Source of the DNA: a virus
Lineage: Duplodnaviria; Caudoviricetes
Reading direction: 5' to 3' (one strand)
Length of the DNA: 25,047 nt
IMG/VR virus record: IMGVR_UViG_3300044676_000708
Span: 1 to 25,047 of that record
The position numbers and the translations under genes are program-made. This document shows, piece after piece, positions 9,136 to 16,976 of this stretch (its first letter is position 1; each line of letters opens with the position of its first letter). The notes beneath the pieces are model-generated. The model saw nothing but the letters and a program-made list of their open reading frames with translations, was not told the origin of the DNA and did not search any database.

Positions 9136-9380
9136 TAACTTGGTAACCAATCTGTAACTGTTACTACAGTAGGCGGCATGGGTGAACGCCTAGTAACATC
9201 TTTTAAATTTTCTTCATCTTTAACATTAGGTGCTTTGTTTTGTGGATGGTTTTTTAAATCTGATTTTTCAAAATCCATTGGGCATACCATTAACCCATAG
9301 CTATTCATTTTTAATTCTTTTAACTTATATCTAAACCCACATACATCGCAAATACCTAATACTTTTCTTGTCGTTGACAT
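9135..9380 (-). CDS. Cys-motif (zinc-ribbon-like) small protein, paralog 1
   Basis: 81 aa; same CDVCGF...NSYGLMVCP.DF...DLKNHPQNK core; TAATG coupling on both sides. Confidence 0.8.
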   Translation of the reverse strand: MSTTRKVLGICDVCGFRYKLKELKMNSYGLMVCPMDFEKSDLKNHPQNKAPNVKDEENLKDVTRRSPMPPTVVTVTDWLPS

Positions 9381-10051
9381 TATACCGTCACTTTAGGTTT
9401 AAAAAATATACTAACTCTTTCTCTGTCTTCTTCCATTGCTCTTTGAAGACGCTCTTCATATTCCTGTTTAATCATTTGAATACGTCCTGCTTCGACACCG
9501 GGACGTTTCATAGACATTTGATATGCAAGACCTGCAGTTAAACAAGGAAGAAACCTACGTGAGATATCTGCATTCTGAACCGCAGATTTATTTACATCTT
9601 CCATGTAACGTACTAGTTCAAACTTTACTTGGTCAGTAGACTGGCTAGGAAGAGGCCACAAGTACACTACAGGCGCACCACGCTCATGTCGTACTGCATA
9701 CTGAGTTGAACGCCCTGTCTGGCCTTTCTGTGGGATTTTTAAATACTCCTGCATTGAAATACGTTCAAGCTGTACATCAGTATCATTACGATTGTATACT
9801 GCTTCAAGCACATCAATAGTTGCAGAAGAAAGAGCAATAGTGGTTACACTGGCTGCTACACTAACTACAGAAGAGTTAGCAGTCCAAAGCATTACTCCAC
9901 GGTTCTGCCAATCCTGAAGCAACAAGTTAATAGAACGCCTAGCAGACTTAGGCTCATGTCCTAATGTCTCTTCACCGCCAATCATTTCTAATGCTTCTTG
10001 GATTACTTCGTCAATATCCATTGTGAAGTTATATGTACCTGAAGTAGCCAT
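9380..10051 (-). CDS. Head-tail adaptor / tail ring-like protein (P22 gp4 / T7 gp11-like)
   Basis: 223 aa; helical N-terminus (IDEVIQEALEMIG...INLLLQDWQN), beta middle (VYLWPLP), helical C-terminus; size and position fit; assignment from recall. Confidence 0.6.
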   Translation of the reverse strand: MATSGTYNFTMDIDEVIQEALEMIGGEETLGHEPKSARRSINLLLQDWQNRGVMLWTANSSVVSVAASVTTIALSSATIDVLEAVYNRNDTDVQLERISMQEYLKIPQKGQTGRSTQYAVRHERGAPVVYLWPLPSQSTDQVKFELVRYMEDVNKSAVQNADISRRFLPCLTAGLAYQMSMKRPGVEAGRIQMIKQEYEERLQRAMEEDRERVSIFFKPKVTV

Positions 10052-10177
10052 TTAATATAACCTATTCTTTCTCGCTTTTAATCGGACTGTATTCTTTTTC
10101 CCAGTACGCTTTCCAGTAGTCTTTTTGCTTGGGACTTTGGTAATCTGCTGGGGAATGTTGCCACGCCCTATAGACAT
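10052..10177 (-). CDS. 41-aa basic peptide MSIGRGNIPQQITKVPSKKTTGKRTGKKNTVRLKARKNRLY
   Basis: Translated by hand; TAATG overlap at start, stop abuts next ATG at 10051; not in ORF track. Confidence 0.75.
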   Translation of the reverse strand: MSIGRGNIPQQITKVPSKKTTGKRTGKKNTVRLKARKNRLY

Positions 10178-10344
10178 TAGTACAACCTACCACCAGCTTT
10201 TTTAGATACTGTACGTTTTGGTTTTGATTTAGGAAGAGGGATATCAACACTCTTTTCTTTAAGAACCATATATCCATCTGGAGTTGTAACATACGGAGAT
10301 GGTGGAGTGGTATCCTGTGCATATGATTTAACTTTCTTAGCCAT
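10177..10344 (-). CDS. 55-aa basic protein MAKKVKSYAQ...SKKAGGRLY
   Basis: Translated by hand; RBS-like AAGGAAG; tiles the gap exactly; not in ORF track. Confidence 0.75.
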   Translation of the reverse strand: MAKKVKSYAQDTTPPSPYVTTPDGYMVLKEKSVDIPLPKSKPKRTVSKKAGGRLY

Positions 10345-10356
10345 AACTACTTCCTT

Positions 10357-10722
10357 CTAAGCCTTTCTTTTAATTCCTTTGGTGTGCTTCTGGGTTTTGG
10401 GAGGACTTTTCTTAGAACCTTTTGGACCAGCCCACAATTCTTTGTCAGCCCAATATGCAGCAGAGAGTTTACCCTTTTTAATATTTTTACCGTGCCTGCT
10501 CTTAAAGCTTGCACGAGCCGTAGAAGAATAGTTGTGACCATAACCCTTCGCTCCGTAATGAATAAGTTTAATTGTATCTCCATCTTTAGCCAAAACCATT
10601 CCTTTTTTTTCTGGACGGTCTGACTTACGAGGCTTATTAAATCCTGCAAATTTTTTACCACGGTATTCGATTCCTCCTGATGGCAGTCTTTTAACTCCGG
10701 GATATTTAGAAGATGGTGCCAT
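10357..10722 (-). CDS. Basic conserved phage protein (DUF5754-like by recall)
   Basis: 121 aa Lys-rich; KLIHYGAKGY...RASFKSRH...SAAYWADKELW motifs. Confidence 0.75.
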   Translation of the reverse strand: MAPSSKYPGVKRLPSGGIEYRGKKFAGFNKPRKSDRPEKKGMVLAKDGDTIKLIHYGAKGYGHNYSSTARASFKSRHGKNIKKGKLSAAYWADKELWAGPKGSKKSPPKTQKHTKGIKRKA

Positions 10723-10723
10723 T

Positions 10724-10984
10724 TTACTTTACCTTCCTATACTTTCTTACTTTCTTTGAGACAGTTTTAGGCTGCTTAACGAACTGCTTTCCTTGTTTAG
10801 TTCCTTTTCTTTTTGCTGCCGTAGTCTTTTGGTATTCCTTGGCTGATAAAGCTTTGATTGCCTTTGCTGGTAAGTACCGTTCCCCTGTAGCCTTTGTACC
10901 CTGAGTAGAGGGCTTACCACTTTTGGTTCTCCATTTTTGTTTTGTCCAAGCCTTCAAATCCTTTTGTGGTTTCTTTAATGCCAT
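10724..10984 (-). CDS. Basic protein with WTKQKWRT / RYLP / GKQFV motifs (DUF5872-associated half, by recall)
   Basis: 86 aa; RBS AAGGA; own promoter-like site upstream. Confidence 0.78.
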   Translation of the reverse strand: MALKKPQKDLKAWTKQKWRTKSGKPSTQGTKATGERYLPAKAIKALSAKEYQKTTAAKRKGTKQGKQFVKQPKTVSKKVRKYRKVK

Positions 10985-10996
10985 TGATAATTCCTT

Positions 10997-11025
10997 ATTA
11001 TATCACTCTGTATTTATATATACAA
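10997..11025 (-). promoter_or_regulatory. Sigma70-type promoter TTGTAT-N17-TATAAT with extended -10 (TGaTATAAT)
   Basis: -35 at 11025-11020, -10 at 11002-10997, in an AT-rich intergenic gap. Confidence 0.75.
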
Positions 11026-11035
11026 TTACTTAATA

Positions 11036-11524
11036 TCAATTAGATTTAAATGGAAGTAAAACCATTGCTAAAAAAAATAAACCTACAAAGGCTCCTATAA
11101 GAATACTAACAATAGAAGCTACTTTAATATTATGCATTGTTTCTTCATAAGCAATACGTGCTTTACGTTTAGCTTCTAGTTCTGCTTGTTTAGCTTCTTG
11201 TATTCTTTTGGCTCTTTCATCTACAATACTTTGCCAAGTACCATGACCAAAACGCATATCAACTAACTGTCGCATCTCTGCTATTTTTTCTTGCGCCAAT
11301 TTAGCATCAATCATTTCTTGTGCTACAGTTTTAATTCCAAACTGGTCACTTAAACCTACACCAGCTTTCTTAGCACGTTTTTGTTGTACCTGCTTCTCAC
11401 CTTCAAAAAGATTATCTATATGTCCAGCAATGTCACCAATGTCTTGTGCAGTACCTATAGCAGATTTAATTCCATCTACAGCACTTTTTACTAACGCTAT
11501 ACCTGCAAGTGTTTCAGCAATCAT
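11036..11524 (-). CDS. Coiled-coil protein with C-terminal transmembrane helix
   Basis: 162 aa; C-terminal VASIVSILIGAFVGLFFLAMVLLPF. Confidence 0.8.
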   Translation of the reverse strand: MIAETLAGIALVKSAVDGIKSAIGTAQDIGDIAGHIDNLFEGEKQVQQKRAKKAGVGLSDQFGIKTVAQEMIDAKLAQEKIAEMRQLVDMRFGHGTWQSIVDERAKRIQEAKQAELEAKRKARIAYEETMHNIKVASIVSILIGAFVGLFFLAMVLLPFKSN

Positions 11525-11532
11525 ATCAGTTC

Positions 11533-11712
11533 CTATTTTGGTTGTGGTCTACACACTGCAGTTATTTTAAGTCTTGCTCCATCTGGTCCGGGTACTAAAG
11601 GTTGATTAGTTAATCGTTTAGCAAAATATAAACATCTGTCTATGTCTTCAAACTTCTGTGTCTGGTTTATTAGTGTCGCACCCATATACACATATAGTAC
11701 GAATATAACCAT
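11533..11712 (-). CDS. 59-aa protein with hydrophobic N-terminus and two Cys (MVIFVLYVYMG...AVCRPQPK)
   Basis: Translated by hand; TAATG overlap at 11712, TAG at 11535-11533; fills the gap; not in ORF track. Confidence 0.75.
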   Translation of the reverse strand: MVIFVLYVYMGATLINQTQKFEDIDRCLYFAKRLTNQPLVPGPDGARLKITAVCRPQPK

Positions 11713-12038
11713 TATTCCATAGGGTGTCGTGTAGGGTTCATTAAGAAACGCACCTCAGTTTCAATTATACTTACACGCCGTAACAAATCTACAATCTTAT
11801 CCATGTGCATACTATTGCTATTGGCTGCTTCAAACAAACCTTCAATAGCTTCGTTATTACGCATAATGTCACGTTTCATATTTACGTTTTCTTCAATAGC
11901 CATACGACTAGACATCTGCTTGACTGTTTCTTTAAGCTGCGATACTGTTTGTGCTTGTTGGCTAACCCACCAAACACCACCAGAAATTTGAAGCACCATT
12001 GCAATAACAAGGGCTATAGGCAATCTCATATTTTCCAT
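11712..12038 (-). CDS. N-terminal transmembrane plus coiled-coil protein
   Basis: 108 aa; LPIALVIAMVLQISGGVWWV followed by heptad-like region. Confidence 0.78.
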   Translation of the reverse strand: MENMRLPIALVIAMVLQISGGVWWVSQQAQTVSQLKETVKQMSSRMAIEENVNMKRDIMRNNEAIEGLFEAANSNSMHMDKIVDLLRRVSIIETEVRFLMNPTRHPME

Positions 12039-12418
12039 TAGTTTTTATACCCACCACCAGCTTTTTTATATTCACTTGCTAATAGTTGTGCTTTACGTGC
12101 AGACCACTGACCAGAAGCACCACCCTTACTACCTGCTTTAATCTTTTCAAATAGACGTTTACGCATAGTAGGTTTAGTATAGTTACCTGCTTTATTAACA
12201 GATGACTTAGATGTAGACCTTTTTTTACCATATAAAGGAGTGGTTGTTGTAAGTTTAGGTTTAGATATAGAACGTCCAGCAGCTAACTTTTTAGGTTTAG
12301 CTTTACCAGCTTTAGATAAGGAGATAGCCACAGCTTGTTTCTGTGGCTTACCTTCCTTTTTAAGTTTACGTATGTTCTTGCTAACAGTTTTAGCTGAACG
12401 TCCCTTTGCTAGTGGCAT
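12038..12418 (-). CDS. Basic two-module protein (KQAVAISLS module + [12 protein letters not shown]5872-like module)
   Basis: 126 aa; MPLAKG...[13 protein letters not shown]; [45 protein letters not shown]. Confidence 0.8.
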   Translation of the reverse strand: MPLAKGRSAKTVSKNIRKLKKEGKPQKQAVAISLSKAGKAKPKKLAAGRSISKPKLTTTTPLYGKKRSTSKSSVNKAGNYTKPTMRKRLFEKIKAGSKGGASGQWSARKAQLLASEYKKAGGGYKN

Positions 12419-12419
12419 A

Positions 12420-13433
12420 TTATTTACCTTTAGGTTTACGTGCTTTACCCCATCCTTTTACCTGACGAGCAACTACACTACCACCAGATTTACGTTCTAC
12501 AGGTTTACTGAGACGTTTTTTCTTAGCGGCATTTAGTTCTTTACGTCCAGCTTCTATATTGCCTTGCTTACCTGCCATTGCAGCTTTAGCAGCGGCTGAA
12601 CCAGTGCCACCATACATCTTTATAAGAGCAGCACGTTCTGCTGAAGAACCTGGAAAAATATTACCTTTAGGACCAAAGCCTGTATTAGGACCTGCACTAA
12701 TGCGTTTACTTGCACCTTTCTTACTAGAACCACGAGTAGATGGTCCAGAAGATTTAGGAGTTACTTTAGGTGCAGTACGTTTTGGTCCTGCATTTCCCGG
12801 CCTATATGAAGGACCAGTTTTAGAAGTAGAAGGTGCTGCAGCAGAACCTTTATTCTTTTTAAGAAGTTCATTAGCTGTTAAACCCGCACCAACAACCCCC
12901 GCACCAATACCAATATTACGAAGAGTATTACTTTTTGGTTTAGGTGTAGGTGTGGTTGATTTATTAGTGATACGTTTAGGTGCAGTACGTGTAGCAGGTT
13001 TCATAGTACGTCCTACTTTAGTACCACCGCCTGTTACTGCACGTGAACCACCACCAACAGGAACTAAAGCAGTTCCGGGTTTTTTAGCTACAGCAGTAGG
13101 CTGAGTTGTAGTTACCGCAGTACTAGGTGTTTTCTTACGTCCTTGTCTACGACTAATCTTTGGCTTAGTCTTTAAAGCAGGACGAGTAGCCTTTACAGAA
13201 GGTGTAGTTGGCTGTACCTTTTTACGACCTGCAGTACGTGAGAGTGTAGAAAGTTTAGGACCTGTATCCTTTGGTTTAGGAGCAGCAGGTTTAACTACCT
13301 TTGTATCCGGCTTTAAAGGCTTTCTAGGAGCCTGTACACCTACACGAGGTGCTTTAACACCGGGACGATTTTTAGCAAGCCATTTCAGCAACGCTGATAA
13401 TGCTCCTGCTTTTGTAGGTTTAAAGTCAGCCAT
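12420..13433 (-). CDS. Lys/Pro/Thr/Ala/Gly-rich, probably disordered basic protein (histone H1-like composition)
   Basis: Start revised to MADFKP (13433), 337 aa, removing the overlap with the upstream gene; very few acidic residues; ends RKSGGSV...[11 protein letters not shown]. Confidence 0.82.
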   Translation of the reverse strand: MADFKPTKAGALSALLKWLAKNRPGVKAPRVGVQAPRKPLKPDTKVVKPAAPKPKDTGPKLSTLSRTAGRKKVQPTTPSVKATRPALKTKPKISRRQGRKKTPSTAVTTTQPTAVAKKPGTALVPVGGGSRAVTGGGTKVGRTMKPATRTAPKRITNKSTTPTPKPKSNTLRNIGIGAGVVGAGLTANELLKKNKGSAAAPSTSKTGPSYRPGNAGPKRTAPKVTPKSSGPSTRGSSKKGASKRISAGPNTGFGPKGNIFPGSSAERAALIKMYGGTGSAAAKAAMAGKQGNIEAGRKELNAAKKKRLSKPVERKSGGSVVARQVKGWGKARKPKGK

Positions 13434-13434
13434 T

Positions 13435-13800
13435 TTATTTCTTTCCCATAGCTTTGCCGTAACCACGTAGTGCTGCACCACAGCCTACACGCTTACCTGA
13501 TTTCATTGTCTGTTGCTTTGGCATTACAATGTCCATTTGCTTTTCAAGCATAGACTTTGGTTTCTTTTTAGGTGTTGGTTTTTTGTATGGCATATTTTTA
13601 GTGCCTACTTTTTTACCCTCTTTACGACCAACAGTTCCACCTGCTTTCTTTGCACCCATGCCTTCAAGTCCAAGGTTTGCTGCAAGCATATTGGCAATTT
13701 CTTTGTCAGTCATTGTGTCAAGAATTTTAGGGTCAGTAATAAGTTTAGGTGTCTTACCTACTTTACGTCCACCCTTATAAGCTTTAGTTTTTTTCATCAT
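13435..13800 (-). CDS. Basic protein with repeated K-x-G-(G/K) motifs
   Basis: Start revised to MMKKTK (13800) with RBS GAGGA, 121 aa; ends MKSGKRVGCGAALRGYGKAMGKK. Confidence 0.82.
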   Translation of the reverse strand: MMKKTKAYKGGRKVGKTPKLITDPKILDTMTDKEIANMLAANLGLEGMGAKKAGGTVGRKEGKKVGTKNMPYKKPTPKKKPKSMLEKQMDIVMPKQQTMKSGKRVGCGAALRGYGKAMGKK

Positions 13801-13810
13801 TTGATTATCC

Positions 13811-14050
13811 TCATTTAGATTTGTTTTTAAGTACTTTACCGTAGCCTTGAGTTTGGGAAGAACTACATCCCCTATATTTACTATCTGGTTTTCCACCAGA
13901 CTTCATTCCTAATCTAATTGCCATGTCTGCTATATCCATAATGTCAATTGCATTAGCTGCAGTTGTTCCGTATAGCATACCTGCTTTTTTTAATCCACCC
14001 ATAATACGACTAGGTTTTTTAGTAGAAGATTTGTTTTTCTTTCCAAACAT
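13811..14050 (-). CDS. Small basic protein
   Basis: Start revised to MFGKKNK (TAATG overlap at 14050), 79 aa; ends MKSGGKP...RGC...QGYGKVLKNKSK. Confidence 0.78.
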   Translation of the reverse strand: MFGKKNKSSTKKPSRIMGGLKKAGMLYGTTAANAIDIMDIADMAIRLGMKSGGKPDSKYRGCSSSQTQGYGKVLKNKSK

Positions 14051-14946
14051 TATTTCATAGCCTTTCCAAATCCACGAAGGGCTGCACCACATCCACGGCG
14101 TTTAGTTCCAACCTTACCGCCTTTTTTCTTTCTTGAAGGAGCAGTAGTAGTTCCCATACGTCCTACAGGTCCTCTAGACTTAACACCAAGGCTACGTTTC
14201 TTTTGTGCTTCTTTAAGTTTAGATAAAGACGAAGGATAACCTTGACGTTTTAGTTTACGTACTATTGATGCAATGTTTTGTTGTTTAGGAAGTTTTGGTT
14301 CTCCCTTACCTTGACCAAGTACATCTGAAATCTGTCTTGATGTCATCTTAGGTGTAAAGTTCTTTTGAATATATTCAATCTTTTCACTTTTAGACATTTC
14401 TTTAAATGCTTCACGTGCATCCTTACGTGTTGCAAATTCTGTTCCTGCATCCTTAGAAATCAAAGGGGCGTCTGCACCTTCATACATATACTTCTTAGGA
14501 TTCTTAATAATCTTTTCAATAGAAGCCGAATCACCTTTTTCAACTAAGCGTATACCTTCTTTATTAAGAGTTTGTTTACGAACTCCTCCAGAAGAAGAAC
14601 CACTTTTATTAGCTGCACGTTGTTCACGAATAATACGTGCCACTAAAGAACTACGTTCTTTTTTTTGTTCAGCACTAAGACCAGAAGTATCTGCTTTACC
14701 TTTTTCTCTTTTTAGCTTTTGACCAAGAGTAAGTTTAGGTTTAGCCGCTTCTGTTTTAAGAAGTTTCTGACCACGGTGTTGTGGTCCACGTTTACCTGCA
14801 AGTTTTTGACGGCTTTCTTTTTGCTTGGCTGCACGTTCAGCACGAAAGGCTGCAGACTTACGTCCACGTTTACGTCCCTTTGTGGTTTTCTTAGCTGCAG
14901 GTTTAGCTACTGCCTTTACAATTTCTTTAACAATTTTAGCACTCAT
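14050..14946 (-). CDS. Lys/Arg-rich basic protein
   Basis: 298 aa; ends KKKGGKVGTKRRGCGAALRGFGKAMK. Confidence 0.85.
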   Translation of the reverse strand: MSAKIVKEIVKAVAKPAAKKTTKGRKRGRKSAAFRAERAAKQKESRQKLAGKRGPQHRGQKLLKTEAAKPKLTLGQKLKREKGKADTSGLSAEQKKERSSLVARIIREQRAANKSGSSSGGVRKQTLNKEGIRLVEKGDSASIEKIIKNPKKYMYEGADAPLISKDAGTEFATRKDAREAFKEMSKSEKIEYIQKNFTPKMTSRQISDVLGQGKGEPKLPKQQNIASIVRKLKRQGYPSSLSKLKEAQKKRSLGVKSRGPVGRMGTTTAPSRKKKGGKVGTKRRGCGAALRGFGKAMK

Positions 14947-14948
14947 GG

Positions 14949-15611
14949 TTAATTTGCTCCCGGAATTACTGGATTATCTGCACCCGCTGGAGATGCAGGT
15001 GTTTCCATATCATCCCTTCTTGTGCGTCTTGCTTGGTTACGTAGACCTTCTAAGGCTTGTTGATAACGCTGTTCAAATATTTGTACTGTTTCAAAGTTCT
15101 TCATAAATATCATTGCTTCTACCATAGAGGCATTAAACAAAGCATCATAGCAATAGTCAGAAAAATAATTGTTAGGAGTAGCAGATGTTAATGCAACTGG
15201 TTTATTAACATGAACAATTTCCCCTGAATAAGTTGCATTAGTTGTAGGAGCAACTACAATAGTAGTATTATTCCTACGAGCATAATAAATTGGTATATCA
15301 GATGTACTAGCTGCAATAGGCCAGTAATCATTAATATATTCATCTGTTCTTTGAAGAAGAGGTGTTTTACCTGAAGCACCTAATGATACTGTAAAGTTTT
15401 TAATAATTCTAGTTCCTACTGGTAGTGTAACAATGTTATTACCAGCGGATACAGCAATAGAAGTATATGTCACAAGGCCATAGTCATCTATGTCACGTGT
15501 CATACGTTCTTCTGCTCTATTCACTATCTTAGGAATATAAGCAAGAAACTCAGTACCATCATTCTCTGTTGCGCCAATTAAGTCGTCAACTAGGTAAGTA
15601 TAATTAGCCAT
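14949..15611 (-). CDS. Head-tail adaptor / tail tubular protein A-like
   Basis: 220 aa two genes after MCP; IVNRAEER, PIYYA, IVVAPT, DALFNASMVEA..FMK pattern typical of adaptors (recall). Confidence 0.65.
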   Translation of the reverse strand: MANYTYLVDDLIGATENDGTEFLAYIPKIVNRAEERMTRDIDDYGLVTYTSIAVSAGNNIVTLPVGTRIIKNFTVSLGASGKTPLLQRTDEYINDYWPIAASTSDIPIYYARRNNTTIVVAPTTNATYSGEIVHVNKPVALTSATPNNYFSDYCYDALFNASMVEAMIFMKNFETVQIFEQRYQQALEGLRNQARRTRRDDMETPASPAGADNPVIPGAN

Positions 15612-15909
15612 AGAATACTGTCACTGTTGCTGCAGATGTAGGGGCTGAAACTTTTACTGGTCCTGTTGTGCGAATACCAAAGTCAGGCAACATAATGTCA
15701 CCTGCATCAGACGCAGTGGTTCCAACAAACTTAATGTTGCTTCCAGTAATATTTCCATAAGAATCTGTTTGAGTACCTGTAATTACAAACGAACCTACGC
15801 CTGTATAGTAGATACCTTTAATACGAGTGTTAGCGACTGTAACACTGGTAGCTGAATCAAGCAATGCACCGCTACCAGTTACAAAGCCTGTACGAATATT
15901 AGAAGACAT
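15604..15909 (-). CDS. Small beta-rich virion protein
   Basis: 101 aa Thr/Ser/Gly-rich, ends VTVFYG, directly after MCP. Confidence 0.72.
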   Translation of the reverse strand: MSSNIRTGFVTGSGALLDSATSVTVANTRIKGIYYTGVGSFVITGTQTDSYGNITGSNIKFVGTTASDAGDIMLPDFGIRTTGPVKVSAPTSAATVTVFYG

Positions 15910-15957
15910 AATGTTTTACCTTTTGTTAGTTATTGTCTAATTTCTTATATTATACAC

Positions 15958-15998
15958 AAAAAAAGAGGAATACAAAAGCGTATCCCTCTTCTTTTTTT
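15958..15998 (-). terminator. Intrinsic terminator after major capsid gene
   Basis: Minus strand AAGAGGGATAC-GCTTTT-GTATTCCTCTT followed by a T run; A tract on the other side suggests it may be bidirectional. Confidence 0.85.
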
Positions 15999-16020
15999 AT
16001 TTTATTGTTACGGTTTAAAC

Positions 16021-16959
16021 TTAGCCGTTTGCGCCGTAGAAGCTACGCCAGTCTGACCAACCGAATGAATAACGCTCACGTGCTTTAAAGCGGAGGTTAC
16101 CAGTGTCGAAGTCAGGCTCCATCTTAGTCTGAAGTGGCGCACGGACAAACATCTTTGCACCGTTCGGACAATCAGTCTTGATGAACCAAGCGTCAGTGTC
16201 TGTAAAGCGGCGGTTCACGTAGAAGCCACCCGGTACAAGACCCTGATTGCGGATTGAGTTAATGTCATTAACATTAGTCGCACCGTTAGCTGCAGTTGTT
16301 GGGTTTACACCAATGGTTGTTGACATTGTGCTGTTCAGAATCTGGTCAGCGGTAAATGCCAAATCTGAAGGTACGTGCAAAGACTTAGCTTGCAGACCAA
16401 TCAGAATGCCACGGTCATCTGTAGCTTTTGAGATTGAAATCAGTGCAGCTTCCAGAGCAGCTTCTGACAAGTCAGTTGCGCCAAGGTCGTTTGACTGAAC
16501 ACCAGCAGATACAGTTGGGTGTGAACCTGAGAAGAATGGTACACCATCTCCACCAACATATGCAGCATTAAAGCCGTTGTTGAAGACATCAGCAGCTTTT
16601 ACCTGCTTGGTGTTTGCCATTGCACGAGCAAGACCACGTGCGCGAAGCTTGGCGAAGGTATCATAAAGATTATCTTCCATAGCTTCTTCAGTGACTGCAA
16701 ATGCAAGTGCAATTGTTTCATGTGTGTACCGTGCTGTGTAGCTTTCTTGTGCATCATCATATGATACAGCAGCACCTTCACCTTTAGTAGGTGCAGTGCC
16801 AAAGCCAGAGAACAGTACTTCTTCTTCAAACGCACGGTCTGAATTTTCTGTTTCAAACAAAGGTGCGTGTTCGTCAGATACTTCTCCATACTCCATACCG
16901 AATACGGCATTGAGGCCGGGGAGAAGTTCTTTCGCAATACTTCCGCGATTAATAGCCAT
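16021..16959 (-). CDS. Major capsid protein (HK97 fold expected)
   Basis: 312 aa; strong RBS GGGAG; followed by terminator; KELLPGLNA.FG.EY, APTKGEG, LHVPSDL, FKARERYSFG motifs; position in head module. Confidence 0.9.
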   Translation of the reverse strand: MAINRGSIAKELLPGLNAVFGMEYGEVSDEHAPLFETENSDRAFEEEVLFSGFGTAPTKGEGAAVSYDDAQESYTARYTHETIALAFAVTEEAMEDNLYDTFAKLRARGLARAMANTKQVKAADVFNNGFNAAYVGGDGVPFFSGSHPTVSAGVQSNDLGATDLSEAALEAALISISKATDDRGILIGLQAKSLHVPSDLAFTADQILNSTMSTTIGVNPTTAANGATNVNDINSIRNQGLVPGGFYVNRRFTDTDAWFIKTDCPNGAKMFVRAPLQTKMEPDFDTGNLRFKARERYSFGWSDWRSFYGANG

Positions 16960-16976
16960 TTAAATTTCTCCCTAAA

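Noticed and set aside
10062-10322. 86-aa ORF from the track
   Set aside because: Two shorter ORFs in other frames tile the gap with RBS and TAATG coupling and match the neighbours' composition
12559-13104. 181-aa plus-strand ORF, and the other plus-strand ORFs in the track
   Set aside because: Antisense shadows of well-supported minus-strand genes; no recognisable motifs or operon context
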